DNA from: a virus
Taxonomy: Duplodnaviria > Caudoviricetes
Reading direction: 5' to 3' (one strand)
IMG/VR virus record: IMGVR_UViG_3300037781_000006
Location: 1-64,000 of that record
DNA: 64,000 nucleotides
Within the stretch, counting starts at the first letter, position 1. Every line of letters starts with the position of its first letter. A program made the translations under genes and the position numbers. Of the stretch, positions 63,301 to 64,000 are shown piece by piece. Under the pieces are notes generated by a model, which worked only from the letters and a program-made list of their open reading frames with translations, was not told where the DNA came from and made no database searches.

Positions 63301-64000
63301 CATATCTGCAACAGTTGAACGAGGCTGAAGAGGCCAAGACCATCTCGGAGCAAGCCCGACTGAACGGCTACAAGGGGTATATCCCCAACGAAGGAGCCAA
63401 GAACGTCCACATCACTGTGGCGATGGATGAAGCTGAAGGTGACATGGAGCGGAAGGGCTACAAGAAGCTCAACGTGCCGTACACTGGGGAGACTGACTCG
63501 ATCTTCCCCCGGTCCTACTACGTGTCCACTGTACGTCGTCAGGGGATCTATTCTCAGGGTGTGGTGCAGAACGTGGCCATGACCTATCGCGGTGTGGACA
63601 TGAACACGGGTCTGACCGTGAAGAATGACACTGCTGGTTTCATCTCTGGTGAAGATGGTTCGGTTCAGCGGATCATGGAGAACCAACTGGATGACTCTGT
63701 GGAACTGGAGAACGATCAGGAAGCCCTGATGCCTGTCTTTGGTCCTGATGGTGACATCATTGGTTTCGAGCGGTCCATCTCTCAGGAGATGATCGACACT
63801 CATCTGGGTCGTGAAGAGAACCTTGCTGTGATGCTGGGTGCTTGGCAGGGTCGTCAGATCGAAGAAGGTCTGGCTGACCAGTACAACAAGCAGTTGTCTG
63901 ATGAACTGAAGCGGATCTGGGACAACCGGGAAGCTGGTGATGAGGCAACCTTCATCGACCTGAGCAAGTCGGATGATCCGATCTACAAGGACTCGTGGAA
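54351..64000 (+). CDS. Virion-encapsidated RNA polymerase (N4 gp50-like, >3200 aa; runs off right edge)
   Basis: ATG at 54351. In-frame motif A FELDGLTNG (~59643), motif B TRNTAKNPMTKVNYGSG (~59973) and motif C GIFDG (~60726). The ORF track lists no closed ORF in this frame, consistent with no internal stop. Confidence 0.93.
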   Translation, partial: MTDSLKKVLASVPENALNPNATPAAPSVEEVLTYQQNAPTPVEMELQGIRDRYRSEVDDTVVNPELVERLRDPDFVEALAVSRREGNDLTNEGFGRDLFEMDYAGLYDRYGRDVANEAWRVQQGRASDYDARTGERTTGQKIGDTALDFISGFTSMSGNTFGQAFSAGISALDPNRTVREGAVATAQTTQDLSDWITSFQSDERQAFDRIMNIESGLDSNDNDDRFQQDIENGDSVFAASLKNIGRDILSTTERLIDNPSTIAPLVAESLGSLGPSAKIASGGSRLLSGATARAGGSQTAQRTAGTLGAVSGIGLSEASGAYSQTVNEVMAMPFDSLAENSDTYRQLVADGMSPEDARTQVAGMAGERTFVRQLPTAALIGLVSSKFETGPMRSFQGVPVTQNLRTMASQALEESLQGGTGTFNTNVGVRDFADENRNLSQGVGSDMVTGAIAGAGMAGVTGAPSTTVNALRGLLGETQYNDPLRQDIVGASPARRAVQTAGEALSPIVDAAAPVVNAARERTSALAGRVSEGVQEYAARPSSKEVTQSVEAAVNITEGLREAVATGQLEDTVAQIVSQPDTDVPSASFTDVAGGNRSLMDNITGITAKLGSKKFRPSTADTAYAAAQYQKLRSVVGALPKDLQTEAGRILSSKLVQELSAKAEKLDLNRNPEDADPITTLNVAKTNPANVNPDVADKILEESGENLTPEEARYVRVASKIGRIVNRNVEKQVEIRTNENINLTQASRPKKQDLTVEGVSRQIHAEGKTDANLRAKYRSINDFARDILSAVQSGEQTGAYPPDATVINQKGQVVPVRQVIQEMANFAQHMKNKVQALNESIADGYTTQGGLRGGKLKDFDGLVNGKFQNSSLSSNGLRGVRYSPDNANSVAFAQQVAQDQNDLIEVYNTLLQEFPETFEGFEAIEPVVLTPATVSGETTQNDTDSSVETDEQPTGVEESSDAPAEEATSTSEDLQNPTADEEVSSSEDGVDETGAQATDETTTGEEVGTDELADATQEDRDLFNLLSDSKNWDPIERVRVKAITNQGRTQTRDLIEKNFGPKLLKRVRQVTIYPKSVDDGWGYAWTPEGQRTGQIFLSEAMFDAEGNLTKEGRNVVIHEMGHIVDFTNRFYSDDPGSISERNAFQIGGVIDQEWQAMDHNGNEFRQKRYEYVESFGQEGDTDQRAAELFAVLGEYFFAPNSPMLDNAPETLALMEELYGPRPQATRTPAESTSTEDASTSDGGDTSIEGQSDEVTEAGLGETTGATPVVTHPMLDEHFERGQEAPLDSITDLENAEFNQEHASIIRELLPEVAETMNQRLQKKVRDGGMVKKIVDHIRDGRVMFKRFKAGVFVNPETGTYDARVLDMAAVVLTDFIATAAPKDPNKLEDTLEALGVTINEISDGSLNAALNGIPPSQLKDQLASDFMRLMNLREKETSGVGDLEGIAQGFAAEMITVMDQMGIVDVTTLDLNRDAVESEATTVLVNTDRLKTFQKRIRSGTRQGVPNTVREGIFQDKRETYSIGEKIKGVSSRQSRGNVALSELEQRALKKMQDTPHYVNEARLRLLEALGDGPLMRMLGWTDGVEEMGHPVLRRSALGKNASIDKNIREVIEMIGALAGDVSQAIYYPVGITKVGRHQYQGPNPQSNKLLRFLATPTWSNLNMESKEDMDAFWLGVAQASGLAKVEKVDQAALLETIKEDFAEDFGPAVVMMKELLEGGAFDADAFATAVGTVGPEVLGAIEAVASMEIAQENGQTEFSTSLSFELDGLTNGAANMMVNFGHGLFTPDEWQNLRRVGLYLGEKGMTVNQFFKDKTNLDLYETVGKVGDRMLALGGNRLKPWQKEQRAAAQRLAASIGNFEMVKNSDGTYDYKMTRNTAKNPMTKVNYGSGVLGVAVGVADDMLLAFYEKLQTLGEETTMDDVFYAGFEADMKTMGLELPANFDQNFVFPNDQVEAFRKSIMFTIGRVLTDSTREVLGNRIQELNDMLVLSTNIQNNYLQKLFDKKVDEMAERLAREGVIKRNKKGVPNKGEIPRAEWKKLEDELGQLGPIFRSDDQTLAIGGFEKKLTDLFLSSNYDEELRQPARMRRPDEVGVKAIPFSVIGTGDAMMMNLIFGSEGAPNDVLGIFDGLDVPVGKVKEYAPFVNQQVLKSWDRDVLSMPIANFQGFLNSVEDQALLKEAEAEVIGNFKKETVQTSSAADLLSQMERRLRENRARKKVMKQMAVSVDQMGGSDVGFTRDGETWDFHTVNQRIDREMEGRDPDAQEQVTAPVRVLSGKAVLENTRWTQAQKKVVEILKPLMGDTRVVFGTLDQLNQWRADHVAQDGVVLKAKGQYDAANDIVFMTKSSGETLLHEMVHAATYNKVLAHYQGQPNDAVARLEDLMAQFLELDGGQKIREAQAAINRRLVKNTPVANANALNEFMAYALSSSQVRQKLEGTQANMLANLKSKVIRLLRRMMGGVPEDMFSHVVFNTRVLGGPPSDGGGNGSGGDDGGDGGPSESSDPFGEFTNYWIQNIREYMEGLGQTGDPKLMKTSLDLSRAKKVMENLRQAGMLRNNKDKATFKAIYGIVLSDMKLDSNALIGLTKVFGHVEENLTAEMFGDGSEAGNTYSAVLNALRESKEPSHAVAVLFALSQTSQKFRDALEQIPAPEGGPVGDGSINDFLTKAAAFSMQKLTGSMDTNKVPADVLATVAGTIIDHDVEREFRVLKGATETLTAMDDYVSGKFTQTAEMMRAKNREVQASTRSDTRKYLVAAATFATNYLDKPGTDLTNQAIKKVTHMGIPFLSMVPVRELVAEMIGTDAQNKNVVALLDRVNASVSGMRQAFREDLPGILDRSFKESPTKEQWTSMFRTLAKTDFTSIVDLENMQGSMKYLEESGTRQAEMQRIETQLQQSLTGSNFQDAIEKGRQLAAFMNGKSVGKLLVRNAYAIGKNLEGDVDQATIDLLDRWITLEAVNQMDPQTREETVRLWQEDPVGILGIVAYLQQLNEAEEAKTISEQARLNGYKGYIPNEGAKNVHITVAMDEAEGDMERKGYKKLNVPYTGETDSIFPRSYYVSTVRRQGIYSQGVVQNVAMTYRGVDMNTGLTVKNDTAGFISGEDGSVQRIMENQLDDSVELENDQEALMPVFGPDGDIIGFERSISQEMIDTHLGREENLAVMLGAWQGRQIEEGLADQYNKQLSDELKRIWDNREAGDEATFIDLSKSDDPIYKDSW

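Noticed and set aside
1-64000. Genome-wide stop-codon reassignment (prompted by two TGA anomalies)
   Set aside because: Many conserved genes end normally at TGA, TAA or TAG with overlapping next starts, and long genes are uninterrupted in code 11.
1-64000. tRNA genes, CRISPR arrays, DGR or invertible segments
   Set aside because: By eye I found no T-loop/cloverleaf, repeat-spacer array, reverse transcriptase or recombinase. tRNAscan-SE was not run.

Overview
A 64-kb slice of an N4-like podophage genome (Schitoviridae). The gene content (class II RNR, thioredoxin, MazG-like protein, ThyX, bL12-like protein, separated RNAP1/RNAP2 genes) points to a Roseobacter/alphaproteobacterial N4-like phage, by inference. 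The window appears to span the joined physical ends of a circularly permuted assembly. From ~30.6 kb, early and middle genes read leftwards on the minus strand: three vRNAP hairpin promoters, gp2, RNAP1/2, AAA+/vWA pair, dCTP deaminase, dNMP kinase, ThyX, an appendage module, MazG, Trx, rIIA/rIIB, HNH, NrdJ and helicase. From ~36.1 kb, late genes read rightwards on the plus strand: terminase, adaptor, lysis cassette, portal, scaffold-like gp57, major capsid, tail and ejection proteins, and the giant virion RNA polymerase, which runs off the window. The best candidate for a new system is a translationally coupled cassette of calcineurin-like phosphoesterase + DUF2829/Tad2-like sponge + Acb2/Tad1-hairpin-like protein + small membrane protein, behind an SD-occluding hairpin. 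Also notable: a SLOG + macrodomain-like cluster, a gp51-like ejection gene split by one in-frame TGA, several structured intergenic RNAs, and iterons with G-tracts at the presumed terminus. Family assignments come from motif recognition by eye; no database searches were run.
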